Counted from the first letter of the whole stretch, positions 1 through 12,222 are shown. The stretch: 59,825 nt of DNA, filler included, from Sphacelaria rigidula (GCA_964200075.2; 10 parts of 10 records of this genome joined end to end with filler, not necessarily neighbours in it), one strand, 5' to 3'. The notes: generated by a model not told the origin, from the letters alone. A program made the numbers and translations.

Positions 1-100
1 GCCACTTCAACCCCATATTTTGTATGAACCCCAAAATATAAAATCGGCTGTTGTATGGTGTTTGGGGGAGAGGAGTCTAGTACCCCCCCCCTCCCCCTCC

Positions 101-184
101 ATGCTCCGTCTCGAAAGGGATGCGTGGTCAATGGTCAAATGACTAAGGCAAGCAACAAATGAGTACGCCCCCCCCCCCTCCCCT
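101..184 (+). mobile_element. 3' end of poly(C)-tailed LINE family, module A (short copy)
   Basis: GCTCCGTCTCGAAAGGGATGCGTGGTCAATGGTCAAATGACTAAGGCAAGCAACAAATGAGTACG followed by a C-run. Related copies at 5725-5790(-), 14655-14775(-), 22810-23162(+), 29970-30060(+) and 52950-53043(+). Confidence 0.7.
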
Positions 185-194
185 CAGGGGTCTT

Positions 195-460
195 TGGAAG
201 TGGCGATACCAGAAGATAAATCAAGTCATTGTAGCCCGTCATCCAAATGCAAGATAATAAGTGCGCTTAGGGCCGAACAATCTTTGCAGGATGCAGCTCA
301 CCCTTAATGCGATTCGCCGAACACATCACGGCGCTTTGCGCTTGGTAGTTGAGTGCGAGCATGGTCCGGCGAAACGCGGCGTGCTCCATCCCGGCTTTGT
401 AGGGATGCGAGGTCAATGGTCTCATGACTGTGGCATGCATGGTCATGATTACACCCCCCT
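195..460 (+). mobile_element. Dispersed retroposon-like repeat, module B, ending in a C-tract
   Basis: GGAAGTGGCGATACCAG...GTCATCCAAATGCAAGATAAT...GGGATGCGAGGTCAATGGTC...ATGATTACACCCCCC. Homologous copies at 11620-11886, 23780-23872, 40645-41135(-) and 53055-53622. Confidence 0.75.
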
Positions 461-1639
461 GAGAAAAAATAAAAAGGGTACGCAGGTGTCCACCAAATAT
501 TTTTCGTGCACCCCTGCACTAATCATGATTATTTCTTGATTCAATCAAGTAAAATCAACCCCAGTTGGTTAGGACCCTTGATATCAAAGAAATTTTTCCC
601 CTTTTCGAATTGTCTGTTGAAAAACGATTGCTGGTTGCCCGCTGCGACACCACCCACCCCCCCAGAAAAATCCCCGAAACGTGCCCGGAAATTTCCTCTT
701 TAGAGAGGACTTCAGGAAGTGCAAACAATGCTTCCTGAAATCGCCCTTCAAAAGAGGATTCCCGACAGAAGTGGAATATACTTGTTCGGTTGACAGGGGC
801 ACATGCAAAGGATTACCATACAACCCAACACGATCAGAGCTGAACCTGAGAAACAATACGAATTAGCGTGTACTACTACACTACATACCTTCAGTTTCTT
901 CGGCCCGCCCCCGCTGAGGTGGGCCGAGGACTGCCAGCACGCGTTCTTAACCCACGAAAAGACCACCAAACCCACGACAGGAAGGCAGGAAAAGAGGTGA
1001 GAAACACGAGGCCAAGCCTCGCGTCGACGTGGATCCTGAGTTTGGTCGATAGGAGGTACGGGGATCACGACAATCAACGTGGTTCGTATCGAATCAAACT
1101 GTCGGGATATACCCCCCCCCCCTCTGACTGCCCACTCTAGAGTGGTCAGGAGTCCGCCAGGGATCTTACAACACGAAAAGACCACTCAATAACGACGGCG
1201 GAGACACGAGGCCGAGCCTCGTATCCACAGGGAACCTGAGTTTAAAGTTAAGGGGCACCGCGATCGCGAGATTGGCGTGCGCTTCGTTTCGGAACAACTT
1301 TGGAAGCAGCATGAGGTTAAATCCTCAAGCCCCGGCATGGACCCCGGGCCTATGCGGCAGCGGGATCGGCAGTAGGGACAGCCTAGACAGGAGTGGAGGG
1401 GCTGTACACTGCGTGGGTACGCACACAAGAAGCGAGGAAGGAGTAGAGTCGGACACAGCAGGAAAGATGCACCTTGCCTGTGAGAGAAGACAAGCACCGG
1501 GCTAACAAACACAGCCGGAAGGTCCACAGCGCGATCATGAAAAACGCTACAACAAAGGAAAGTGAGGAGGAGGAGGAGCCAGGCTAGGCATAGGCTTGCT
1601 AGGAAAGCAGCACGAATAGCCCGGGCGGGGCAGCGGAGT

Positions 1640-4600
1640 CAGCTTGTTAAGGTAGCCTCTGACGACGTCAGAACTCTCGCTGTGAATGGAGCAAACGGAT
1701 AGGGGCGAGAATACAGACTAAACATCTCGGTGGTAGGACTGCAAAATACACGGAGGGCAGGAAGTACAGCCTGTACAGCAGCGGGGCTCCGACGCTTCTG
1801 CTGTGGGAGCGAATCAGGTGGGCAACTCGGTGTGGGGCTAGCCATCGAAAAGTCGATTTGCAACAACGTCACCCACATCACGAGTACATAGACAAGCACC
1901 TGATGGCAACGCGATTTGGAATCACAGGGCAACGCGGGGCGATCGATTTCATAGCTGCGTATCAGTGTTGTTCTTTTTTTCAATATCATGGAGGCACTGT
2001 ACTGGAATAATATTTCATAATCCGCGGCGTCATTCGGAGACGGTCATACTCTAAGGCCTAGAATATGGTGAGACAAGAGGAGCAGACATCCTTGGAAGAG
2101 AGATCTCAACATCAACACGGATACGTGGCGCTACAGACCAGCATTCGCGCATTTGGTAGCCGGATGGGAAGGGATGTATTTCACTACGAAAGGGGGAAAG
2201 AAGCGCTGATTACGCGATATGTATCCGCGCACGGTAATACCCGACGAAGTTGACACTGAGTATTCCTAGTGCCAGTACAACGAGTACTGTAGTACCGACT
2301 ATTCGATGCGAGCCACGCTCCGACAGGGCTAGGATACCCGTGATCGATCCGTGAAAAAAAGACAAATTGCAACTGGCACTCTGTCCTATTCTGGAACCAA
2401 ATGGAATTCTGCACAACGGCGATCATGCGCCTGCGAGAGAAAGGTAAATATGTTCACGTGGGAGCACACCACCGAAGAGTACCCGATTGATTCTGATAGA
2501 AGAAAACTACAGCGACTGCCCCTGTCATTTTCAGACCGTCGTGGTAATCGTCACGCTTAGTTTGGCGCTGTGAGGGAGGAGACGTTGCCTCCTGCCCGAA
2601 AAGGTCCGCAGTGGTCCTTTGCAGAAGACAGTCTTCTCCTTGACTGCGTTGCGCGGCCGCGTCTTGCTCGGCATGGCGTATAAAACTCAAGGGCGTCTGC
2701 CCCTAACATATGGGGAACCTTAACTGGTGGTTATATCCCGCCTTGGTACCAGCCTCGACCAACAAGGGGTCGATGTAAACAACAAGGATGGCATGATCTA
2801 CTCCTGCCTCCGCGCGGATTTCATATCGTTACCCTCTAGAACTGATATCAAAAAGTGTTCTTGTTTTCGGAATCACTGCAGCGTCGTGCATAATCATCTT
2901 TTCGAGCCACACAGCACACAAAACCCCTCCGGTCGCCGAAACTGCTGCCTTAACACCTGCCTGCGGCTTCAGTCCACACATACATCAACTTTCAGAATCA
3001 TCAGACGCCTGGTGTACTGTCTTGGGGCGCCTAATCTCCAAAAACACCGCTTCCATATATGGGAATGATTCACACTGGTATGCACTAACCGAATTCGTCA
3101 AGGATGAAACCAAACAAGCGTTCTAGGATAGTCTCAACGATCTAGTACAGCGAACCCCGTCGAAGCGCCGTGTACATGTGTTGATGGGCGCTAACGCACG
3201 AACGGGGAAAAGAGTGGGAGAGAGCCTACAGGACGAAGGGCCCTAGGCGCCTACGGACGAGATGAGCTCAATGATGACGACCACCTACTGTTAACTTTCG
3301 CAGCCAACTACAGACTAGCCATCACGAGCACTTTCTTCAGCACGCGTAAAGGCGAAATCTCGCACTCACATATAACGGTGTCGCAGGGAACCGAACTAGT
3401 GACTTGAAGCGCATAGACGACACACTTACCCGGTCGGCACACAGAGGTAGAGTGCGCAACGCAGTCGTACACTCCAAACCCGCCCCTGCGGCCAAAGCTG
3501 ACTCAGATCACAACATGGTGATGGCCACTGTCGACCTCGGTGGCCGCCTCGCCCACATCCTTACTTCACGAACCAAATCGAAGCAGCGGCAGTTTAGTAG
3601 ACAGCAAATGGAGATCGAAAATAGCACGGCGGCACGTTATCGAGAGGTTCCTACACAACCTTAGGGAGTGAGCACACCAGCCACCCACCACCACACCAGC
3701 GGACGCGAAGAAGTTCACCGAATCTATCCTCGACGCAGCACATATGGTACTCCGGGCAGAGACACGGATACCGCGTATGCCGGAGTGGTGTGAAAATGCT
3801 GATACGAGAGCAACAGTAGCGGCAGTGCTTGCACACCGACGGGAGGCACGACGCGTGATGAAGGACAACCGGACCTCAGCAACGTGGAAAGCACTCGGAG
3901 CCGCGTGTAAAGCAGGACGTACTACGCTAGACGACGGCGTCCATGCACACCTGGAGAGGTATGTGGCGAGGCTAGAAGCGATCTACAAGGATTACGACAT
4001 GCGAGGCCTGTACAAACACCTCAAGAGGTCGGTGGGTCTTGAGGGGAGGCAATCAGGGGGTGCAGCAGTTCATCAAAGACGAGAACGGGGTTTTGCGGAG
4101 GAACGGCATCGAGATCCTGAAGCGATGGGCGAGGTTTTTTCGAACCCTGCTCAACACCAAATCGCCCACACTGAACCCAACCATCATCGAGAAAGCGAAG
4201 CAGCAACCGAAAGCATTACCCACCGGAGATTCGGTACCGCTTGAGTCAGCACCAACGCTGGCGGAGACCATGCAAGCAGTCCGTGGGGAACAAAACTGAA
4301 AAGCACAGGGACACGAGTCCCTCCCTGTAGAACTACTCAAGATCGACGGCCGAGCTGAGCCCGTCGTTGTCGAACGCTTCCATGCCATACTCGTCAAGGT
4401 GTGGAACGGAGGGGAGGTCCCATAGGAGTGGAAAGACGCTACGGTTAATGTGTTTTACAAGAAATCGAACGGCTCCAACTGTAACAAGTTTCGGGGAATC
4501 TCACAGGTGTCGCACGCGGGGAAGGTGCTTTCGAAGATAGTGGCCAACCACCTCAGCGACTACTGCGAAGCCCACGGGATACTGCCGGAGGAACAGTGCG

Positions 4601-5723
4601 ACTTCCGACCTGATCGATCCACCGTGGACATGTTTGTAGTGCGCCGACTGCAGGAACTGGGACGAAGGAGAATACCACTATACATGTGATTCGTCGACCT
4701 CCAAAGGGCCCATGATTCCGTCGACCGAGAGCTTCTATGGCGGGTGCTTGCCCGAGCTGGTATTCCGAACGAGATGATAGCAATTATGCGCCAATTTTAC
4801 GATGGTGTGCAGGCCCGCGTGCGCATGGACGATGGGGAGCTCTCGGAGTGGTTCGAGGTTGCTCAGGGACTACGGCAAGGACGTGTGTTGTCTTTGCTGC
4901 TCTTCAATATATTTCGTTGCGGCGCTCGAGATAGCTCTCGTGCGATTTAGCGAGGACGATATCATCCTCAAGGATAATACATATATCGATGAGGGGACGG
5001 TGAGGGAGACGGAGACATCTCTGGAATGTGTACGGAGAGCGGTGTGGGGAATCCTGAATGCCGATGACGCGGCAGTCGTTTCAAGGTCCCCTGACGGTCT
5101 GGCGAGGATGATTACCGTTACAGTACGCGTGTTTGGGACCTTCGGACTGACGGTGTCGGAGAAGACAGAAACTTTAATTATACGAATACCGGAAACATCG
5201 CCACGGAAGGAAGAGCCACCAACACCGCCTCCACCACTGGCCATCGAAGCAGTTGGCCGGAAGTACGCACAAACCACAAAGCTCCGATACTTGGGTGGGC
5301 TCGTCACCGAAGATGGCAACCTCACACAAGAGATCAACAACCAGAGCAGAGCAGCGTGGGCGTGCATCAGAAAGTTTTACCGAGACTCTTTGACCGACCG
5401 AAGGCGCCGTGCAGACCCAAGGTCCGATTGCTGAACGCAGAAGCGATGGAGGCCTTACTGTGCGGATGCATGACGTTTGCCCCGCGCCGCGAGCACTACC
5501 GGTTGCTGAGGAAGGTACACTACCGTTTCCTTCTTCGAATGATCGGGTACCGCCGAGTGCGAGGCACATACCGACAGTTATCGTACGCCCAGGCCCTCAA
5601 GAAAGACCGGGTGCCAGAGTGCTGAAGCAATCGTCCGGCAAAGGCGACTGCTGTTTGCAGGAGTCCTAGCGAGACGATCAGACGGCCGACTACCGAAACG
5701 ACTGGCATTCGGGACACTAGTTG
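1640..5723 (+). mobile_element. Degenerate non-LTR retrotransposon (RTE-like LINE): APE endonuclease plus reverse transcriptase with frameshifts and stops
   Basis: Endonuclease motifs: VRTL (1667), GLQ.TR, GVG, AAY/ALT, MGANARTG, SDHNMV (3502). RT motifs: WKDATV..FYKK, FRGISQVSHAGKVL, LPEEQCDFRPDRSTVDM, FVDLQRAHDSVDR, GLRQG..LS..LFNI, NADD (decayed YADD), RYLG. Confidence 0.92.
1963..3077. mobile_element. 1.1-kb non-autonomous TIR insertion inside the LINE endonuclease
   Basis: Ends CAGTGT...ACACTG, flanked by GTAT at 1959-1962 and 3078-3081. Removing it restores GCT GCG TAT GCA CTA ACC (AAYALT, the YAPT motif). Confidence 0.75.
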
Positions 5724-5893
5724 AGGGCGTACTCATTTGTTGCTTGCCTTAGTTGTGTGACCATTGACCACGCATTCCTTCCGAGACGAAGCCCTTGGGC
5801 GCGGGGGGGGGGGGGGGGGGGGGGTAGTTTTTTTGGGGGGGGGGGGGCGGGGCGCGGGGGGCGCCGGAAAAAACGGGGGGGAGGCCCCCGGGG

Positions 5894-5993
5894 NNNNNNN
5901 NNNNNNNNNNNNNNNNNNNNNNNNNNNNNNNNNNNNNTTAATTAATTAANNNNNNNNNNNNNNNNNNNNNNNNNNNNNNNNNNNNNNNNNNNN
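5894..5993. other. Artificial contig linker N44-TTAATTAATTAA-N44. Identical copies at 11887-11986, 17880-17979, 23873-23972, 29866-29965, 35858-35957, 41850-41949, 47842-47941 and 53834-53933
   Basis: Identical 100-nt spacer with stops in all six frames. The intervening segments are 5893 or 5892 bp, so the contigs are length-sorted. Confidence 0.98.
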
Positions 5994-6220
5994 AGAACTG
6001 ATGCTCTTCTTGTTTTGGAGTAATCGAGCTTTGAAATTCGGTCCAGCGGGTGTGCGATGACTCGCACAATTACGGTAGTCCTCTCCCTCAGCTGTACATA
6101 TTAATACCATTTTGTGCCTTGCTCCAATGTGCGTATCCTCTTGTGCCATGATCCAACGTGCGTGTCCTCTTGGGCCATGATCCAAAATGTGTGTGTGTGT
6201 GTGTGTGTGTTCCGTTGCAG

Positions 6221-6424
6221 GTTCGGATCCGCAACGTACGCATTCCGCAAATCGGGGATAAGTTCGCGTCTCGGCACGGACAGAAGGGTACGATCGGTAT
6301 GACCTACCGTCAGGAAGATATGCCGTGGTCGCTCGACGGCATAGTGCCGGACATCATCGTGAATCCTCACGCTATTCCCAGTCGGATGACTATCGCCCAG
6401 CTCATCGAGTGTCTGCTCGGCAAG
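6221..6424 (+). CDS. RPB2: RNA polymerase II second-largest subunit, internal exon (68 aa)
   Basis: [27 protein letters not shown]...[16 protein letters not shown]. Acceptor ttgcag, donor gtgaag, phase 0. Confidence 0.97.
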
Positions 6425-6542
6425 GTGAAGGAATCGTCATGTGACTTTTTCGTGGCTAGTGTCGAAGTAAATCACTCGTTTTTTGGTGAAAGTCATGGTG
6501 CCGGGCTGTTTTTTTTCTTCTTTATTCTTGTTACACTTTCAA

Positions 6543-7117
6543 ACCCCTCCCCTTCCTCGGGGCGAGTTTGTGGCCTCAAGGGATCATCAATCCATCCCCT
6601 CCCGGTACACGCCTCGCTTTTTGGTCTCGCGGGTTGGATCATGACCATCAGCACTCCCGCACCGCGTCAACCTTAGTCAAAATAAACTCGGTCACCTGGT
6701 TTCTGTTTACTCACGTACTCGCGCTCTCGACGATGGACATCAGATACTTCAGACACTTTGAAGAAAAAAAAAGGGCTAAACAGGTTACAGGTTACAGGTT
6801 TCACGTTCTCGTCACGTTCATCACATCTGTAAAATTTAACGTTCACGTTGTGTTTCGTTTGGCACGTTGAAGACAAAGTAAAGTTACGTGAACGTTTCAT
6901 TAAATTTTTTAACGGTTACGTTACGTTACGTTACGTTACGTTACGTTACGTTGCGTTACGTTGCGTTCATCACGTGAAAAAAAATTACGTATACGTTGTG
7001 GCACGTGTAACGTGCTTACCCCTAATGAAAACGACCCATCGGGAATCGAACCCGCGTTCTCTCCGCCCTTGATGGTGGCAGTCGAACCATTTTAATGTAG
7101 ATCACAGGGGCGCGGCG
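6543..7117 (-). mobile_element. tRNA-derived SINE in an RPB2 intron, interrupted by a small TIR element
   Basis: B-box-like CGCGGGTTCGATTCCC on the minus strand (~7040-7055). The body matches 10668-10960 and fragments at ~16250-16350 and ~35450-35560. Confidence 0.6.
6772..7024. mobile_element. MITE with ~21-bp imperfect TIRs and an internal (GTTAC)n tract
   Basis: Left AGGGCTAAACAGGTTACAGGT versus reverse complement of the right end AGGGGTAAGCACGTTACACGT. (GTTAC)n at 6915-6965. TSD unclear. Confidence 0.55.
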
Positions 7118-7381
7118 GCAACAAAAAGTCGCCCTCTTTTTGTTCCAAGGAATGTGTCGTCATGTAGAAATAGATCGCTGTGAACATCGTGCACGAACTA
7201 CGTTAGAGTACAGTGCAAGTAGTATCTGTTGAGATTCGTCTGAGGATAGAACTTGGGTAGATTCTCGTCTATGCTCGTCCGATACCGGACAAATTGTTCT
7301 GTTCTGTTTACGATAGGCCACAGACTGAAATCAGTATAATTGATTTACTGTATGGGCAAATATGTTCTGGTGCTCGTATGC

Positions 7382-8444
7382 GGCGCGACCTTTTTGCAGG
7401 TGAGGTATGCAAAAAGAGTGCGCAGGTCGCGAACGCCTCCACAACCAAATCCACAATAAACCCAACATCAAATCAAAATGCTGCACACACGAAACAGCGG
7501 TCAGTCACACTCCACAGCAGTCCACAGCAGAGCAGTAAGGAAAAGGATCTTGTCGTAGGGCAGGAGACCACATACGTCGGCGGCGATGAGATCTCTGCTC
7601 GATATTGACGAGCCAACAGTCGTATTGGGTTCTTGGTCAACCAAGCACCGCGCATGTTCGATCGAATGGATGCTCTAAACACACCGACTGCAAACGCATC
7701 AGCTGCTTGCTATCGAGAATACCGCCTGTTGCACTGCTGTTGTGCAAGACACCGCGCTGCCTGTACACTGTGCAGGCTATCGAGGCGGCAGCACGAGTAG
7801 TAGAAGTGTTTCTGTATCGTACTACTTGTCAACTGGACAGAGCACAACAGGCCCCGTACAGTATAGTACTACTGTACTACTGTTGCCTGTTGTCCGGTGT
7901 ACAGAGTGTACAGTCCGCACAGCAGACAGCAGACATTACTTGTATGATAGTACAATGATGGTGTGATTTCACAAGTCCACTCCCCTCCCTGCGTGTGTAC
8001 GGCCGTGTGTCGTGTAGTACCCAGAGTCCCGCAGTATCCATCAACATGTCATCGGCCCGGGTACACTGTTTCCCCGCGCATCGGCTGCGGGCGGGTGTGG
8101 ACAGTTGTGGCTACGTAATCGCACACACACAGGACAGGATTAAGTTTGAACACTCAGCTGATGGCCTGTTGTCCATGACGCCGTAGCATCAAGATTATGT
8201 TTGTTCTTTGAGAAATTGCCTCAAATAGATGGTTCGAGTAAAAACGCTTCACGTGATTCTTCCCGGTAATGCCGAGCAGAAAATTATGTTCGGTGTTACC
8301 GCCCTGCTGTGAGCTGCTGTGGAGGACGATTGTTCTTTTAGTGTGTTCAGCATCCAAAATTGGGTTTATTGCGGATTTGGCTCTGGAGGCGTTCGCGACC
8401 TCCTCGCTCTTACGTGCATACCCCACCTGCAAATAGGTCGCACC
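7382..8444. mobile_element. Non-autonomous Mutator-like element (MULE) in an RPB2 intron
   Basis: About 155-bp imperfect TIRs beginning GG(C/T)GCGACC. Exact 9-bp TSD CTCGTATGC at 7373-7381 and 8445-8453. Confidence 0.85.
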
Positions 8445-9202
8445 CTCGTATGCACACCGGGTGAAATCAGAGCGCTATGTGTCTTAGTGTTGAGAATGGG
8501 TTTGTTTTTACCTTGACGGCATACTGGAATTCAGTATATTTGATCTATAGTGTACATATATCAGTTCTGTCGGACCCTCGATTTTAATGTTAATGACATG
8601 TTTTGTGTCTTGAAGGTCGTGGTTTCTTGCTGTCTTTTACCCGATTTATTGAAGAGTGTGTCTTTGGTTGTTGTTGGCGTTTTCAAGGTCAACCCTTCGA
8701 CTGGTAGGATCGGGTAATATCTGGGTCTCACGTGTCACTGCAACTGAAATGAGTGTAAGGCCAGTATGACGCAACTCGGGCGGTGATAAGATTAACGTTC
8801 CAGCGTCTTCGTTAACAAAAGGTGTTACCGTTGCATGTTTATTACACTGCTCGCTGTTCAATGTCTGTACTCGTGTCGTGTGCTTCCGCGCGGGGGGGAG
8901 GGGGGCGGGGAGACAAAGAAGAGGCTCTTCCCGCTGCGTTTACCCCTCGCTCTCTCTCTCCTCACTGCCCTTATTTTTGAATATTCTTGTACGTGAGGTG
9001 TGGGGTTCATGTTGATGCGTTGGTGTGCTAACTATGGCAAACGTTCGAAATACGTTAGTGGAAGGCATGTGTGTGTATGTGTGTTGTGAGATTCAAGACA
9101 AAAAAGAAGCTGTTGGCGCACTTTTCACATTTCACCCCCATGCCTTCAAGAATGATTTGTGATTCATCATGTTTGTTCGATTATTGCTCTAATTTTTTGC
9201 TC

Positions 9203-9237
<35 letters not shown>

Positions 9238-9256
9238 TGAATTCTATTCAATTCAG

Positions 9257-9409
9257 GTCGGGGTATTGACGGGGACGGAGGGTGATGCTACACCATTCAC
9301 AGACGTGACCGTGGCCAACGTTAGCACTACCTTGCACAAGATTGGCTTCCAGAAGCACGGAAACGAGGTTATGTACAGCGGGCACACGGGCCGCATGCTC
9401 AATACAAAG
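9257..9409 (+). CDS. RPB2: RPB2 internal exon (51 aa)
   Basis: EGDATPFTDVTV...GFQKHGNEVMYSGHTGR. Acceptor ttcag, donor gtgggt, phase 0, colinear with the previous exon. Confidence 0.96.
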
Positions 9410-9552
9410 GTGGGTGGAGGCGCGTTCTGAACAGTTTTTGCAAACAAATCCAGTACGGAATATTCAAAGTTGACCTTGAAGAACGCCCGTAGCGTCCAGA
9501 TATTAATGACCTTGCGAAGACGTTTTATTGTAGTACCACTGACGGTGATGTA

Positions 9553-9660
9553 TCGTACTCCCAGATGTGTCTGTGTGTCATACTCCAAAATGTGTCTTTG
9601 TCATACTCCAAAATGCGTGTGTCATACTCCAATATGTGTGTCATACTCCAAAATGTCTGT
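9553..9660. repeat. Minisatellite with a ~20-24-bp unit (TGTGTCATACTCCAAAA core)
   Basis: About five degenerate tandem copies. Confidence 0.85.
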
Positions 9661-9769
9661 ATGCATTTGCGTGTCATCTTCATGCCTTATGTCTTGTGCG
9701 TGCTACGTTGAGGCATCGTATATTGTCACTCCACAGACGTACTTCCATCAAGATGAGAAAACATGGTAT

Positions 9770-10141
9770 ATATGTATATATAGAGAGAGAATATTTCGAA
9801 CTCACGAGCGTCGAGCATACTTCGTAACGAGGCGTCCACGAGATTCAATTCTGATTTTAGTGTGCAAGTTCCTCCGCACCCGCCCCGGGAGATGACTGTT
9901 CGGGTCAATGCCAGTGCTAGGGGCCCGGTTAGCGGATTCGTCCTTTACTTTGTGCGGGGGTACACAATAAGTTCGCGACCGTTCGAACCGACGCGCGATC
10001 GAGGTGGTCCTGCAATGTTTCCGGCGGGCATGAACATTTCGAGAGAGGATCTATTCTCACGAGGGCTTGGCAAGGCAAGAAGACCGAGACCCTCGAGAAA
10101 GACGGACGGCACCGGGGCGACGCCCCGGTCCCGCCGGCTTG
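9770..10141 (+). mobile_element. Non-autonomous Helitron-like element
   Basis: GC-rich subterminal hairpin ACCGGGGCG-A-CGCCCCGGT (10111-10129), then CTTG|T. No TIR or TSD. Second copy at 15305-15686. Confidence 0.55.
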
Positions 10142-10667
10142 TATATTATATATATATATATATATTTTTTTTTTCTACCCGGTGTTCCGCATACGCTCGC
10201 CTGCACAGACCTACATACCCACATCCACACATGTGCTACGGCGTGATGAAAAGGTGGCTCGATATTGATTGAGCGCAGCGTCAAGCATGTGAGGGATTTT
10301 CTTTCCTCCTGCACGTGCTCGTTCGTGTGTTTGCTGCCAATGGCATTCTAGTCAGCTTGTTATATTCATTTGTTGGGTTGACTTTCTGTGTCCAGAGAGT
10401 GCTTCTACGGCCGGCAGGGTTCACATTTTTTTCCGAAGCTCTGCACTTCGAGAGTCTCTCGATGACAAATACCTAGGCCTTACTTATTTTGCATGCTCGG
10501 AACAAACTTTTGGCCTAAAACGTGCACCCCTACGACCGTAGAATCAATCCAGACAGTATACGTGAGTTCACGCCCTCCAGCCCACCCTCGCATGTTCACA
10601 TGCCGTCACTTACCCGGGAATCCACGAGCGGCGAATATCTGAATACATATATATATTGCCATACTTC

Positions 10668-10960
10668 GAACCCCTCCATTCCTCGGAACGAGTCCGTGGT
10701 CTCAAGGGATCATCATCAATCCATCTCTCCCCGGTACACGCCTTGCATTTTGGTCTCGCGGATTGGATCATGACCATCAGCACTCCCGCACCGCGTCAAC
10801 TCTCGTCAGACAGACTCAGCCACGATATAACGACGGAATCAAATAATCGGCAGAAAAAATCCGAAGTTAATGTCATGTGATGGTAATCAAACCCGCGTTC
10901 TCTCCACCCTAAGGATACCAGTTGGATTATTTTAATTTGTACCACCGGGATCCGGCGGCT
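10668..10960 (-). mobile_element. Second copy of the tRNA-derived SINE
   Basis: Shares CTCAAGGGATCATC...GGATCATGACCATCAGCACTCCCGCACCGCGTCAAC and the AACCCGCGTTCTCTCC head with 6543-7117. Confidence 0.6.
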
Positions 10961-11251
10961 GCGCCTGGCAAAATGCTGTACGCTTACAACAGTAGACGCG
11001 CTGTCCTCCTGTGAATATTACACACCCTGAACAATAGATTCCATTGTCAGAAAGTGTAGCGCGTGCAGTATCGAGTATTGCACCTATTGCAATAGACAAC
11101 ATATTGCATACTGACTGTACTCCGTAGAGTTTTTATTTACAATCTTTATCTACTATCCAGGGTTTGAAATATTACACATTATGTTTTCGTCATTGGACAG
11201 ACGAGGTATCCAACATTGTTCGACCTTACCCTCCCCTCGCGCGGTTGACAG

Positions 11252-11575
11252 GTGTTCTTGGGCCCGACGTTCTACCAGCGATTGAAGCACTTGGTGGACG
11301 ACAAAATCCACAGCCGAAGTAGGGGTCCAGTGATGAACCTCACGCGGCAGCCCATGGAGGGTAGGGCGAGGGACGGTGGCTTGCGTATGGGAGAGATGGA
11401 GCGCGACTGCCTCATCAGTCACGGTTGTGCTAATTTCTTGCGGGATCGACTGTTTATGAACTCGGACGCGTACCGGGTCCACGTTTGCGACAAGTGCGGA
11501 CTAATTGCCGTCGCGAACCTACGCAAGATGAGCTTTGAGTGCCGGGGGTGCAAGGGTAAATCGGAGGTGTCACAG
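11252..11575 (+). CDS. RPB2: RPB2 exon near the C-terminus, including the zinc-binding clamp region (108 aa)
   Basis: [25 protein letters not shown]...[27 protein letters not shown]...CDKCG...CRGC. Acceptor gacag, donor gtgaga. Confidence 0.97.
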
Positions 11576-12080
11576 GTGAGAACTAAATTCGATTCGTTCA
11601 CGTCCGTCTGTCCGTTCGTCCCATCTGTCCCGGCTTTGAGGGGATGCGAGGTCAGTGTTCATACGACTACGGCATGCAAGATCATGAGTACACCCCTCGT
11701 CAGGCCGGTCGGCGTGCTCCGCCCCGGTTTTGTAGGGACGCGAGGTCAATGGTCATCTGACTACGGCATGCAAGATCATGGATGCACCCCCCCCCCCTGT
11801 CTCTGGAAGTGGCGATACCAGATAATAATAAAGCAACTCATTGTAGGCTGTCATCCAAATGCAAGATAATCAGTAGGCTTCGAGCCNNNNNNNNNNNNNN
11901 NNNNNNNNNNNNNNNNNNNNNNNNNNNNNNTTAATTAATTAANNNNNNNNNNNNNNNNNNNNNNNNNNNNNNNNNNNNNNNNNNNNATTGTTACGTCGAA
12001 GATGGCCGATGGAAGAGACTGATTTCCCGTCACATGTGGGTACAATTTCCAAAGACGAGGGTACAATTGGGAGAAAAGTA

Positions 12081-12222
12081 GTCACAGCAGGGTACACCAT
12101 GGCCGTCTACCGCCGCCGCGGGTGAAAATGGTCGTTGGCCAATCAGCTGCGCTCATTTCTCCTCCAAACAAAGGGGGTACCCAGGTTCGTCGCTAATGCA
12201 CCATGGTATACCCTACTGTGAC
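12081..12222. mobile_element. Small MITE-like element with 22-bp inverted ends
   Basis: GTCACAGCAGGGTACACCATGG ... CCATGGTATACCCTACTGTGAC (2 mismatches). Confidence 0.55.

Noticed and set aside
5794..5893. G-rich tracts as G-quadruplex elements (also 35960-36045 and 41950-42055)
   Set aside because: They lie at contig ends next to homopolymers and look like low-quality base calls.
5894..5993. Regularly spaced TTAATTAATTAA palindromes every ~6 kb
   Set aside because: Artificial concatenation linker flanked by Ns. It is not biological, and gene neighbourhoods across linkers are meaningless.
6158..6676. Full ORF-track versions of RPB2 (172 aa, 119 aa, 205 aa)
   Set aside because: They read through into introns. 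Similarity stops at canonical splice sites.
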